From NCBI GenBank assembly GCA_963774955.1, contig CAVZGV010000003.1:64771-128770 (forward strand): 64,000 nt of DNA, read 5' to 3'. The stretch is from Candidatus Falkowbacteria bacterium (lineage in GTDB: Bacteria > Patescibacteriota > Patescibacteriia > CAIXNZ01). Within the stretch, counting starts at the first letter, position 1, and each line of letters starts with the position of its first letter. Positions 29,232 to 39,741 of the stretch are shown one piece after another. The notes under the pieces are model-generated. The model was given only the letters and a program-made list of their open reading frames with translations. It was not told where the DNA came from and searched no databases. Both the position numbers and the translations under genes were made by a program.

Positions 29232-30339
29232 ATGATTACAACTGTATTAATTTTTCTGATTGTTTTAGGTATTTTAGTGCTGGTTCACGAACTGGGACAT
29301 TTTTGCACTGCCAAATTAATGGGCATGAAGATTTACGAATTTGGTATCGGCTTTCCACCGAAAATCTGGAGCAAAAAGGGTAAAGACGGGGTGATTTACT
29401 CGATTAATTCTATACCTTTGGGCGGTTTTGTTAATTTAAGGGAAACAGAATCAGAGGCTTCTGATCCCAATAGTTTTATCAATAAGAAACCATGGAAAAG
29501 GGCCGTCGTTATTTTAGCCGGCGTAGCCATGAATTTTTTATTATGCGTTGTTTTGCTTTCATTTGGTTTTATGTTTGGCCTACCGCAGTCAGTGGATCAG
29601 GATGCGCTTAATTCCGGAATTGTAAAAGATTATAAAATTCAGGTGGTGACTGTTTTAGATGATAAACCAGCCAAAACTGCAGGAGTTGAAATCGGCGATG
29701 TGCTGCTGGCTGTTGATGACCAGAAATATTGCCAGTGTTAAGGATTTGGTTGTGTATACCAGTACTAAAATAGGGACGAAAGTTAATTTTAAATTTTTGC
29801 ATGAAAAAGAGGAAGTAACCAAGGAAATTGAAATTGCAGAATTGGAAAAAGGCAAGGGCGGTATTGGTGTTGGCTTGGTGGAAACCGGGATTGTTTCTTA
29901 TCCGGTTCATTTGGCTGTTTGGCACGGTGTGAAATTAACTTTGGCGCTAACTAAGGAATTTATTTTTGCTTTTGCCAATATTATAAAGAATTTAGTCATT
30001 GGCCAGCCAATCGGCGTCCAGGTTTCCGGTCCGGTCGGTATTGCGGTTTTAACCGGTCAGGTAGCCAAATTGGGTATAATTTATTTACTGCAATTTACGG
30101 CTTTACTCTCATTAAATTTGGCGATTATCAATGCGATACCGTTTCCGGCTTTTGACGGCGGTCATTTAGTCTTTATTATAATTGAAAAAATTCGCCGCAA
30201 GCCTGTTGATAAGAAAATTGAGGGTATAATTCATACTATTGGGTTTTCTTTGTTAATGCTATTGATTATTGTTATTACTTTTCAGGATATTTTAAGGTAT
30301 AGTCATTTTTTTAGTAATTTTTTCAGTAATTTGATTTAA
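29232..30339 (+). CDS. rseP: RIP metalloprotease RseP (M50) with PDZ, frameshift near 29727
   Basis: HELGH, IPLGGFV, AGVAMN, SGPVGI, NAIPFPAFDGG. Confidence 0.92.
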
Positions 30340-30409
30340 ACGGCTTAGTGCTATAGGGCTTTGAGCTTAGAGCTTTATGCCCAAAGTTTATAGCTTATAG
30401 CAAAAAAAT

Positions 30410-31451
30410 ATGGAATTAAAATTCAAAGAACTCAAAGAGCAGGCCTTGAAGGAGATTCAGGCGATTCGCAATTCGGAAGAGTGGCAGCAGATTGAGAATA
30501 AGTATTTTTCCAGAAAAAGCGGGGAATTGGCCAAGCTTTTGAAAGATCTCAAGGATGTTTCCGAGGATTTGCGTCCGAAAATTGGCGCGGTTGCCAATGA
30601 AATAAAAAATGAAATCAGTAAGGCTTTGGAACAAAAAAAAGTCAGATTTGAATTTGGATATTGATGAGGATTTGGAACATGATTTTATTGATGTAACTTT
30701 AGAAATTGAAAAATATAAGCTTGGTCATTTGCATCCTTTGACTCAGGTGCAAATGGAACTGGAAGATATTTTTAAATCCATGGGTTTTATGATTTTGGAC
30801 GGTCCGGAGCTGGAATCGGATTATTATAATTTTGAAGCTTTAAATCTTCCGTCTTGGCATCCGGCTCGTGATATGCAGGATACTTTTTATATTGATCCCA
30901 AGACTGTGAACGGCACGGAAAATTTGCTTATGCGCACTCAAACTTCACCGGTACAAGTGCGGGCAATGCAAAAATATGGCGCGCCTTTGCGTTGTGTGAT
31001 GCCCGGCCGTTGTTTTCGTAATGAAGCCACTGATGTGCGTCATGAACATACTTTTTATCAGATGGAAGGCTTGATGATTGATAAAAATATTTCTTTTAAT
31101 GATATGTGCGGTGTTTTTGGAAACAGTGGCTAAAGAATTATACGGAGATGACACTAAATTAAGATTGCGACCAAAATATTATCCTTTTGTGGAGCCGGGT
31201 GTTAACGGAGAAGTGACTTGTTTTTTGTGCCATGGCAAAGGTTGTAAATTATGCAAACAGACCGGCTGGCTGGAAATCGTCGGCGCGGGCATGGTTCATC
31301 CCAATGTTTTGAAAGCCGGCAATGTTGACCCCAATAAATATCAGGGTTTTGCTTTTGGTTTTGGCTTAACCGGTTGGTGATGCTGAAATACAATATTGAC
31401 GATGCCAGGTTATTGCAGAGTGGGGATTTACGTTTCTTAAACCAATTTTAG
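30410..31451 (+). CDS. pheS: Phenylalanine-tRNA ligase alpha subunit, frameshifted at ~30635, ~31115, ~31370
   Basis: [59 protein letters not shown] end. Confidence 0.95.
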
Positions 31452-31457
31452 ATTATA

Positions 31458-31889
31458 ATGCAGTTGTATAATATAAAAGTGCATAAAGAGAAAAGAAGGA
31501 TTTTAAGAAACACAATGACACCCGCTGAAGTTGCGCTTTGGGTAGAATTGAAAAATGAAAAATTAGGATATAAATTTCGACGACAATATGGAGTCGGTCA
31601 CTATATAATTGATTTTTATTGTCCTCAACTTAAATTCGCCATTGAATTGGATGGCGATGTTCATGCCATTGATAGTGTTCATAAAAAAGATCTGATTAGG
31701 GATAAATTTTTGGAAGAATGCGGGATTACCATGAAAAGATTTTGGAATCACGAGATATTTGAGGATATAAATTCAGTTTTGGAGGTGATAGTTAATCTTT
31801 GTCAACAAAAAACCGATTGTAATTCTAAGGTACAGCCGTCTCATCCGGAGTCTCCCTCTAAGATTAGAGGGAGATACAGAGGGAGTTGA
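31458..31889 (+). CDS. DUF559 endonuclease domain protein (paralog of 12750-13175)
   Basis: MTPAEVALW, KFRRQ, YIIDFYC, IELDG; both copies end ..PESPSKIRGRY. Confidence 0.9.
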   Translation: MQLYNIKVHKEKRRILRNTMTPAEVALWVELKNEKLGYKFRRQYGVGHYIIDFYCPQLKFAIELDGDVHAIDSVHKKDLIRDKFLEECGITMKRFWNHEIFEDINSVLEVIVNLCQQKTDCNSKVQPSHPESPSKIRGRYRGS

Positions 31890-32025
31890 TCGGGTAACCC
31901 GAATTCCCCGAATACCCCGAGAACCTCCCCCGAACCCCTCCTTTGTAAGGAGGGGAGATTGCGGGGAATGCCGTGACCACTAAGGATTCTCCCCCTTAGA
32001 CAAGGGGGAGACAAAGAGGGGGGGG
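31851..32025 (+). repeat. Cluster of three REP-like C/G-run hairpins downstream of DUF559
   Basis: TCTCCCTCTAAGATTAGAGGGAGA; CCCCTCCTTTGTAAGGAGGGG; TCTCCCCCTTAGACAAGGGGGAGA; mirrored at 12599-12782. Confidence 0.85.
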
Positions 32026-32093
32026 TAAATTTTGACCGTTAACGACTTTCGTAATTTTCAAACGATTATCGCGAAAATTAATAATATTTTTAT

Positions 32094-34538
32094 ATGGATA
32101 TCTCAAAAAATTGGCTCCAAGATTTTGTAAAAATACCAGACTCTTTATCAGCTAAAGAGCTGGGTTCGAAATTAACCATGTCCACGGCTGAAGTGGAGGG
32201 GATGACTGATCAGGCTGAAAGTTTGAGAGGTGTTGTTGTGGGAGAAATTTTGGAAGTCAAAAAGCATCCTAATGCCGATAAATTACAGTTGACCGTAGTT
32301 GATATTGGCTCGCCTTCGCATAAAGCTTCGGCGAATGCAGACAAAGAGAAATTAAATATAGTCTGCGGTGCGCCTAATATTGCAGTCGGACAAAAAGTTC
32401 CGGTCGCCACTATTGGAACCAAATTGCCGAATGGTATGGAAATCCAGAAAGCCAAAGTTCGCGGTGAAGAATCTAGTGGCATGCTTTGCGCTGAAGATGA
32501 ACTGGGTCTGGGTAAAGATCATGCCGGGATTTTAATTTTAGACAGTAAAGTCATGGTCGGAGAATCTTTGACTAAGGCTTTAGGTTTAGATGATACTATT
32601 TTTGAATTTGATAATAAATCTTTAAGCAATCGTCCTGATTTATGGTCACATTACGGTATTGCTAGGGAAGTTGCGGTTTTATTGGGCGAAAAGTTAAAGG
32701 AATTTAAAGTGAATGTTAAGGAACCGGGAAAACCCGCAGAAAAGCTTGATATTAAAATTGATGATTATAAATTATGCCCGCGATATTGCGGCGTTGTCTT
32801 GGAAGGCATTAAAATTGCGGAATCACCTGATTGGCTAAAAAAACGAGTAGCTAGCGTGGGCATGCGTTCAATCAATAATATTGTTGATATTACCAATTAT
32901 GTAATGATGGAAATCGGTCAGCCTCTTCATGCGTTTGATTACGATAAATTAGCGGAACATAGGATTATTGTTCGTAAAGCTAAAAAAGGCGAAAAAATAA
33001 AGACTTTGGATGAACAAACCAGAGAACTTGATGAGAGTATGTTAGTGATTGCCGATGCCAGTAAGCCCGTAGCTATTGCCGGGATAATGGGTGGAGCAAA
33101 TACGGAAATTGATAATAATACTAAAAAAGTCATTATTGAATCTGCTAATTTTGACCATGTCTCTGTGCGCCAAACCGAAACAAAATTAAATTTAAGAACA
33201 GAAGCTTCCATCCGCTTTGAAAAGTCTTTGGATCCGAATTTGTCTGAATGGGGGATTAAGCGCGCCATTGAATTGATTCTACAGGTTTGCCCACAAGCTA
33301 AACTTGTTTCTAAAATTGAAGACGTAAAAAAGTTTAAATTGAACCAGGGTCCTATAAAATTAAGTTTTGATTTTATAACTAAAAAAATCGGACAGGAAAT
33401 TCCTAAAGATAAAGTCATGAAGATTTTATCAAGTTTGGGCTTTGTGATTAAAAAAGGTGTTAAGGATTTAGGCGTGACCATCCCAACCTGGCGCGCCACG
33501 AAGGATATTTCCATCCCAGAGGATTTAGTGGAAGAAGTGATTAGAATTTACGGTTACAACAATTTGAAATCAAGCCTGCCCATGATTGAAATTTCTAAGC
33601 CCGAAGCCAATACTGAGCGTGATTTGGAACGAAAGATCAAACAGCTCTTGGCCTATGGTTTTGGCTTAAGCGAAGTCTACAATTATTCGTTTGTCGGTGA
33701 GGAACAGGTGAAAAAACTAGGTTTAAAGATAGAAGATCATGTCCGGCTGGCGAATCCCCTGGCTAAAGAGTGGAATTTACTCAGGCGCTCTTTAGTCCCC
33801 AATCTCGTGAATAATGCCGCAACTAATTGCCGTAATTATGATGACTTCGGGCTATTTGAGGTCGGTTCCATATTCTGGCCTGGAGCCAAAGGCGAAAAAA
33901 TATCCGACAAGTCAGATAAAACCTTGCCTTTGCAGGTGAAAATGATGGCCGGGATTATTTGCGAAAAGAAAAATGACCGACCATTTTTTAACGCGAAAAA
34001 TATAATGGCCGGGCTTTTAGCTAAACTGCATTTTAATTATAGCTTTGAGAAATCAGCCGAGCCCTGGCCCTTTATTAATAAAAACCGCACAGTTAAAATT
34101 TTGGTTGAAGGCAAAGAAATTGGCTATGTTACGGAATTGGCAGATGATATCTATGATAAATTTAATATTTTGAATAAAATAGGTATTTTTGAGTTTAATT
34201 TGACTAAATTGACTCTTTTATATAAAGAGGCTTTGAAATATAAGCCGATTCCAAAATTCCCTAGTATTGAACTGGATATTTCCATGATTATAGCCAAAAA
34301 GATTCTCTGGGAAGAAATTTATCAGGCGGTTAAAGACGTTGACAAGGATTTAATCCGTAAAATATCGTTTTTTGATGTTTATGAAGGCCAGGGTATTCCC
34401 GAAGGCAAAAAATCAATTGCCTTCAGAATAGAATATCGTTCTGATGACAAGACCTTGACCATGGATGAAGTTCAGATTATTCATCAGAAAGTTTTAAATA
34501 TATTGAACTCAAAATTTGAAGCTCAAATAAGACAATAA
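32094..34538 (+). CDS. pheT: Phenylalanine-tRNA ligase beta subunit
   Basis: KHPNADKL, IVCGAPN, NRPDL.SHYGIARE, VDITNYVM, C-terminal FDX-ACB. Confidence 0.97.
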   Translation: MDISKNWLQDFVKIPDSLSAKELGSKLTMSTAEVEGMTDQAESLRGVVVGEILEVKKHPNADKLQLTVVDIGSPSHKASANADKEKLNIVCGAPNIAVGQKVPVATIGTKLPNGMEIQKAKVRGEESSGMLCAEDELGLGKDHAGILILDSKVMVGESLTKALGLDDTIFEFDNKSLSNRPDLWSHYGIAREVAVLLGEKLKEFKVNVKEPGKPAEKLDIKIDDYKLCPRYCGVVLEGIKIAESPDWLKKRVASVGMRSINNIVDITNYVMMEIGQPLHAFDYDKLAEHRIIVRKAKKGEKIKTLDEQTRELDESMLVIADASKPVAIAGIMGGANTEIDNNTKKVIIESANFDHVSVRQTETKLNLRTEASIRFEKSLDPNLSEWGIKRAIELILQVCPQAKLVSKIEDVKKFKLNQGPIKLSFDFITKKIGQEIPKDKVMKILSSLGFVIKKGVKDLGVTIPTWRATKDISIPEDLVEEVIRIYGYNNLKSSLPMIEISKPEANTERDLERKIKQLLAYGFGLSEVYNYSFVGEEQVKKLGLKIEDHVRLANPLAKEWNLLRRSLVPNLVNNAATNCRNYDDFGLFEVGSIFWPGAKGEKISDKSDKTLPLQVKMMAGIICEKKNDRPFFNAKNIMAGLLAKLHFNYSFEKSAEPWPFINKNRTVKILVEGKEIGYVTELADDIYDKFNILNKIGIFEFNLTKLTLLYKEALKYKPIPKFPSIELDISMIIAKKILWEEIYQAVKDVDKDLIRKISFFDVYEGQGIPEGKKSIAFRIEYRSDDKTLTMDEVQIIHQKVLNILNSKFEAQIRQ

Positions 34539-34576
34539 TTGGCTAATTGCTTAGGGCTTATAGTTAATTAGAAAGT

Positions 34577-35965
34577 ATGAAAAAATTTAACCTCATATTA
34601 ATAATTTTGTTATTTTTAGGGTTTCCATTCATTGGAGCCAGGGCTGCTGATTTGTCAGGAGTCAGTTTAAGCATCAATCCGCAAAATGCCAGCAGTTTGG
34701 CGACCTGGACAATAAGTTTTACTGTTCCGGAAGATATAAAATTAGGCCATATTTTAATATCTTTAGGCGGTTATCAGCCTGAGTTGGGTTCGGCTGAACT
34801 TTTTGTTTCCGGCTTGCCCAAGGGAACGCCTCAGGTCGGAAAAAGCAATCCCAATTGCGTCTTTAATTGTGATGACATCCGCTATTACTATAGCGATCCT
34901 ATTAGCGTCAAGAAAAATACTAAAATTACCTTTACTTTAAATAAAGTTAAAAATCCAGATAAAGTCGGAACAACCGGTTTAGGCTTTATCAATATCTTTT
35001 CCTCCAAATATCCGCAAATGACCTTGGTTTATTCCAGCGGGGAGAAGCTGGTGAATTTGGGCGAGGCTTTGACCAGCCCTGATGATGAAAATTTAATTCC
35101 GGCGACAACTACTACCGAAAATACAGAGCCGGCTTCCGGCCTTGCCGGCGTCAAACTAAATGAGTTATTTTTTCAGCCGGGCGCCAAAACCACTAAATTA
35201 GACACGATTAAAGACGCTAGTAAGGTAGAAAATTTGACCTTAGATCTTTTAGGCAAGGAAAAAATTACCTTCAAAGGCACTTTGGATTTATCCACACCAG
35301 AGGCAGTTAAATTTTTTGAAAATCTTGGTGATTACATGACTTTTGATAAATTGAAATTCGAGGTCAAACAGGACTTGATGGATCAGTTTAAGGTACCGTT
35401 GGATATTACTTATTACGATTTGCCATTTATTTGGGATCCGGATATTTTAAAAAATGAAACGGAAGTAATAGCCAAAGAAAATATTACCAATTATCATTAT
35501 GTTATTTTTGATAATAAACCACAGGTTTCTTTGACACTTAATGAAGGCGGTGTGTATCAGTTGGTCCCTCATTTGCAGGTGTTTATTACGGATAATCAGA
35601 AAATACAGGGCTCGAAAAATGAGGCGACTTTTAACGGACGGATTTCAGATCCTAAAGCTAAGATTGTAATTTCCCTAAACGGCAAGGATCTGGATGATTT
35701 GGGTGTTTTAGTGGATCCACTTAAAGGTGAATTTAATTTTACCTTAAAGCTTTTATCAGGGACAAATTTAATCGAGGTTAAAGCTATCAGCGAGTATGGT
35801 ACCTTGCCTAAAATTACCAAATTAGTCCAGTACCTAGCGCCAGAAACATTCCTACCCAAGGAAAAAACCTTCATTAGCCCCTTTAATTTGATCGCTGTCG
35901 GCCTGGCCATCCTGGCAATTATTTTCATTTTTGCCATCAGGCGTTTGGCCAAGAAACGGAAATAG
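34577..35965 (+). CDS. Exported protein with Ig-like region and C-terminal TM anchor
   Basis: Signal peptide, beta-rich body, C-terminal TM + basic tail. Confidence 0.7.
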   Translation: MKKFNLILIILLFLGFPFIGARAADLSGVSLSINPQNASSLATWTISFTVPEDIKLGHILISLGGYQPELGSAELFVSGLPKGTPQVGKSNPNCVFNCDDIRYYYSDPISVKKNTKITFTLNKVKNPDKVGTTGLGFINIFSSKYPQMTLVYSSGEKLVNLGEALTSPDDENLIPATTTTENTEPASGLAGVKLNELFFQPGAKTTKLDTIKDASKVENLTLDLLGKEKITFKGTLDLSTPEAVKFFENLGDYMTFDKLKFEVKQDLMDQFKVPLDITYYDLPFIWDPDILKNETEVIAKENITNYHYVIFDNKPQVSLTLNEGGVYQLVPHLQVFITDNQKIQGSKNEATFNGRISDPKAKIVISLNGKDLDDLGVLVDPLKGEFNFTLKLLSGTNLIEVKAISEYGTLPKITKLVQYLAPETFLPKEKTFISPFNLIAVGLAILAIIFIFAIRRLAKKRK

Positions 35966-35986
35966 TGGTATAATAAGGATAGCTGA

Positions 35987-36056
35987 AACACGGATTTAAT
36001 TCACAGATAACACTGATTACTTTATCTGTGTAATCAGTGATTATAAATCAGTGGTT
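35987..36056. repeat. Gene-less copy of the inverted repeats that flank the GxxExxY gene
   Basis: AACACGGATTTAATTCACAGATAACACTGATT..ATCTGTGTAATCAGTG..AAATCAGTGGTT; compare 63433-63474 and 63850-63885. Confidence 0.75.
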
Positions 36057-36068
36057 AATAATTCCCAT

Positions 36069-36362
36069 ATGCTTATCGAGACTACTAAAGACATTTTATA
36101 TATAGTAATTTCCTTTGTCGTCCTTTTGTTGACTATTTTTATTTGCTGGGCGATTTATTATGTGGCGATGATTTTACGGGAATTTAAAAAAATTGTCATG
36201 GATATGCGCAAGAAAATAGAGTTGGTTGAGGCTGTTTTAACTACGTTTAAAGAAAAAATTGAACACACTTCCAGCTATATGAAGCTTTTAGTGGAAAGCG
36301 CAGGGAATATTGTGGAATTTCTAAAGGATAGGAAGGAAGAAAAGTCTAAGAAGAAGAAATAG
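36069..36362 (+). CDS. Small membrane protein (1 TM + coiled coil)
   Basis: ETTKDILYIV.. TM then amphipathic helix; terminator 36391-36416. Confidence 0.7.
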   Translation: MLIETTKDILYIVISFVVLLLTIFICWAIYYVAMILREFKKIVMDMRKKIELVEAVLTTFKEKIEHTSSYMKLLVESAGNIVEFLKDRKEEKSKKKK

Positions 36363-36451
36363 AAGATTAGGACTTAGGCATTAAGAATTTGAATACCCGT
36401 TAGCGGGTATTCTTTTAGTCTTGACAAGGTTATAATAATATGATAGATTAA

Positions 36452-36717
36452 AGATGCTCAAATGCCGCCGAGGCAGATCTCGGCCTGATTCCGCTTCGGA
36501 TCAGAATGACTTGAAAAACTGGTTTTCGGCAGCTTTTACAGGGTTTTGAGCCAGGCTTTTCCGAGCGCATCGTGGCCACTTGCCTGGGCGGAAGTCGCCC
36601 TTCATAAGCGAGAGGACGCACACGCACAAGTCGAGAAAAAAAAGAGATTATTTTTTCGGTCTGAAAAGCTGCCATCCCATTTCTTATTGCCGGAGTCCAC
36701 GTACTCCGGTTTTTTTA
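36452..36717 (+). ncRNA. Candidate structured noncoding RNA
   Basis: TTGACA(36421)-17-TAGATT promoter, GC-rich, long-range stem 36527-36540/36661-36673, terminator 36689-36717, no convincing ORF. Confidence 0.4.
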
Positions 36718-36775
36718 TTAGCTGATTTATAGGTCTAGATTGTTATTATTTGGTAGAAAATGTTATAATAGGCAC

Positions 36776-37171
36776 ATGACAATTAAACCAAAAACTCATA
36801 AGGTCAGAGGTAAGCATCATAAATTCGTAATGCCGGTATTATTTATTTTATTTACTTTAGTAATTTTAGGGGCAGTGGCCAGAACTGTTATGGCCTCAAG
36901 CGCCGGGGTAGTCTTTTGGGGAAGAATTGCCACTGTTGTGGCCATTTGTACTCCGGATCCGAATACCAATCCTTGTAATCCTTTTTTGTTGGCGCCGCCA
37001 TATGTTGTCGTGGCTACAGTAGACGGACTTCCTAATTTGGTTGGTATTATCCCTATGGCATCCTTAGGTCTGTCCAAAACTGCAGTTCCGGGGAATTGGA
37101 TTGTCGGTTTTGGAGCCCAGACTGGGCCTGCTTTTGTCGCCACAACCTATTGGATGTATAGTCTGCGATAA
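36776..37171 (+). CDS. Hypothetical membrane/exported protein
   Basis: Basic N-terminus, TM, small Cys-pair domain. Confidence 0.55.
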   Translation: MTIKPKTHKVRGKHHKFVMPVLFILFTLVILGAVARTVMASSAGVVFWGRIATVVAICTPDPNTNPCNPFLLAPPYVVVATVDGLPNLVGIIPMASLGLSKTAVPGNWIVGFGAQTGPAFVATTYWMYSLR

Positions 37172-37322
37172 AATTTAGTACTTTACTAGCCATTTAGGCC
37201 AGGGATTCTCTGGTCTTTTTTAATGCGTTGAAATTGATTGACAAGTTTTACTTTTTCTGTTAAAATATATAATCGAGTAAATAGGTCAGAACTTTGACAA
37301 ATTTAACCTAAAAAGGAGGTAC

Positions 37323-38672
37323 ATGGTCATGTTTAAGCGTTCAAATTGGCTGGAAAAATATGGCCTTGTGCCAAAGATTTTTCTGGTCTGTCTGCTTTTT
37401 GTGTGTATTGGCGGTCTGAATATTTTTTTGGGGTTTGCTCAGGTAAATTCTTATTCTTATCAGCAAAAATTCAGCCACAATGCCAAACTGGATCCCTGGT
37501 TTCAACCGCCGGCGTACACCGGTCCGGAATTTGATTCCTGGCGGGAACGTAAAGAGGCTGCGCAAAAAGAAATTGACTCGCTTTATCAGCTGGCTTTGGT
37601 CAAGGGCAACGCATATTCGGTGGCGGATTATTTTCATGACTTTGACAGCCTGATGGAACTGGAAGATAAATACAACATACGCTTAACTTCCAGTACGCCA
37701 TTTTCGCCGCTGGATCAATTTGTCCTTCTGCGGGATAAATTGTCTGCCTGGTCAAGGCCCACACCCGATGACAAGCAGGTGGCTTACATCCAAAAAATCG
37801 GAGAAAAGATACGTCAACGCAACGGGGAGTTGGATTATACATCAAATACTGACATCAGCTGGTCAAGCTTAAGACCCATATTGTCCTGGCTGATAGATGC
37901 TTATCTGAAATTTATGTTCTTCTGCACCTTGATTTATATTATCAGGTTTGAGGAGCACAAAAAGTCTATCAGGCGTTTCCAGAGGCATCATCATGAACTT
38001 GGTAGATTTATTAATGATGAAGAGCCTTTTCCGGGTAGACTTTCATTCTACGATGAAATCCTGATCAACCCGTGGCGTTTTATCGGGCGTGTCCTGCTTT
38101 GGCCTAAGTACTTTCTGCATTATCCGCTTTATGAAAGTCCGGCTCAGCTGTGGCGTTTTAATCGGCTTAAAGCCGAGTTTTTGCGCTACCAGCCATTGGG
38201 CTATCAGCTGACTCCCAGGGAAGAAGCGATTTTACTGGCTCAGGCCGGAAAACCGGTAAAGGATTTTGGCAAAACTATTCGCACTTTGTTTTCCTATCCG
38301 GTTTTTATCAGACGTTCAGTCTATCTTGGCTACCTGTCTCTGGTCTTGGGATTTTTATTGCAGCCGGTAATAGTCTTGGCCGCGGATTATTCCAAGAAGA
38401 TTGAAGCTCATTGCTATGGGCAAGATCAGACCATTTTGGCTGAACAACCAAGTGATACCGGTCAACAAATAAGGGCTGGGACTGAAACCCCAAAACAGCA
38501 ACCTGACGAATCAGGCAATGAATGTCTGATTTTGACAGTTGCAGAGATGAGCATTCCTCTGAGCAGAAGCGAAAAGATCATGGATTTAATTTTGCTCAAA
38601 CCCAAAGAAATTGTTGCTGATATTGTCCATGTTCCCATTTTCCGGTTGCTTATCGCGGCGCGTTGTTTCTAA
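37323..38672 (+). CDS. Hypothetical membrane protein
   Basis: AAGGAGG SD, TTGACA(37238)-17-TAAAAT promoter, about three TM segments. Confidence 0.7.
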   Translation: MVMFKRSNWLEKYGLVPKIFLVCLLFVCIGGLNIFLGFAQVNSYSYQQKFSHNAKLDPWFQPPAYTGPEFDSWRERKEAAQKEIDSLYQLALVKGNAYSVADYFHDFDSLMELEDKYNIRLTSSTPFSPLDQFVLLRDKLSAWSRPTPDDKQVAYIQKIGEKIRQRNGELDYTSNTDISWSSLRPILSWLIDAYLKFMFFCTLIYIIRFEEHKKSIRRFQRHHHELGRFINDEEPFPGRLSFYDEILINPWRFIGRVLLWPKYFLHYPLYESPAQLWRFNRLKAEFLRYQPLGYQLTPREEAILLAQAGKPVKDFGKTIRTLFSYPVFIRRSVYLGYLSLVLGFLLQPVIVLAADYSKKIEAHCYGQDQTILAEQPSDTGQQIRAGTETPKQQPDESGNECLILTVAEMSIPLSRSEKIMDLILLKPKEIVADIVHVPIFRLLIAARCF

Positions 38673-38729
38673 ACAACAAACCAACTAAAGCAACCCGGAA
38701 GAAGTTCTTCCGGTTTTAGGGAGAACGAA

Positions 38730-39341
38730 ATGCGGAACAAGATGTTTTCGGTAATCGTGTCTTTGGTCATTGGCCTGCTGGCGTTTTCAGCTCTGGCTGT
38801 TGAGGACAAGCCCCAGATGGGAGTGTCGCTCAATACCGGCAGGGAACTTGGCGCCAATGTCAATCTGACCGCCAGCATGGTGTTCATCAATCTGATGTCC
38901 ACTCACGCGCCTTACACTTCCTTGGGCTTGAGCTATCAGGTGACTGACCAGTTTACTCTGGCCGGTTCTATGGGCTACGGCTTCGAGGAAGCAGATACTA
39001 TGGATGCCGGCTGGTTTGTAGGCGCTGATACGACCTTCAAGTCCGATGACTGGATCATGGTCAACAGCCTTTACTACTACGCTGGTTATGATATGTGGTT
39101 TTCTTACCACTCGTTGACTTATCCGCTCGGGTTTACCCGTGTGGGAGTTGATGTGCGTAATTACCACTATCTGCAACTGGTGGATGAAGGCTCCAGATCT
39201 TACCAGGTCGGTCCGAGCCTGAAGATCACTTTCAATGACAAGCTGAGCTTGAAGTTGAATTACTATTACGCGTTTGAACCCTATGGCGAACCGGCCATGG
39301 ATTCGAATGTGTACAAAGCAACTTTGATCTACAAATTCTAA
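38730..39341 (+). CDS. Exported protein with beta-barrel-like alternating pattern and C-terminal Phe
   Basis: Signal peptide ..ALA, amphipathic beta strands, ends ATLIYKF. Confidence 0.6.
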   Translation: MRNKMFSVIVSLVIGLLAFSALAVEDKPQMGVSLNTGRELGANVNLTASMVFINLMSTHAPYTSLGLSYQVTDQFTLAGSMGYGFEEADTMDAGWFVGADTTFKSDDWIMVNSLYYYAGYDMWFSYHSLTYPLGFTRVGVDVRNYHYLQLVDEGSRSYQVGPSLKITFNDKLSLKLNYYYAFEPYGEPAMDSNVYKATLIYKF

Positions 39342-39353
39342 GCGAGGCTGATC

Positions 39354-39593
39354 ATGACTGCCCCAAAGATTAGTGGTAAAGTAACATTAACTTGCTGTTG
39401 CGGACAAGAAATCAGTGTTCATTTATACCGCAACGATGAACCGCGAACAGCTTATGTTGTTTCTGCGGATGATAAGTCTCAATGTTGTTCAAGTTGCGGT
39501 AGGAAATATCAGTTCGCCCCAGTCGACTGTGTTGCATTTCAGATTTGGCCACCGCCATCGAAGCTCAAAGACGATGGCCATGTCATGACTTGA
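39354..39593 (+). CDS. Small Cys-rich (zinc-ribbon-like) protein
   Basis: CCCG..CCSSCG; GAGG SD; terminator follows. Confidence 0.5.
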   Translation: MTAPKISGKVTLTCCCGQEISVHLYRNDEPRTAYVVSADDKSQCCSSCGRKYQFAPVDCVAFQIWPPPSKLKDDGHVMT

Positions 39594-39614
39594 TTTTTTA
39601 ACGGTAATTAATAT

Positions 39615-39643
39615 AAGGGCGAGGAGAAATCTTCGCCCTTTTT
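39615..39643 (+). terminator. Rho-independent terminator (near-identical twin at 40354-40383)
   Basis: AAGGGCGAGGAGAAATCTTCGCCCTTTTTT. Confidence 0.8.
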
Positions 39644-39741
39644 TAAATGGGTTGTTACTTGACATTTAAATAATATTGTGTTAAATTAAGGAGTTAAGGT
39701 TCGTTCTTTTTAATCAGGAAACAAAAGGAGGATGGGAAGAA

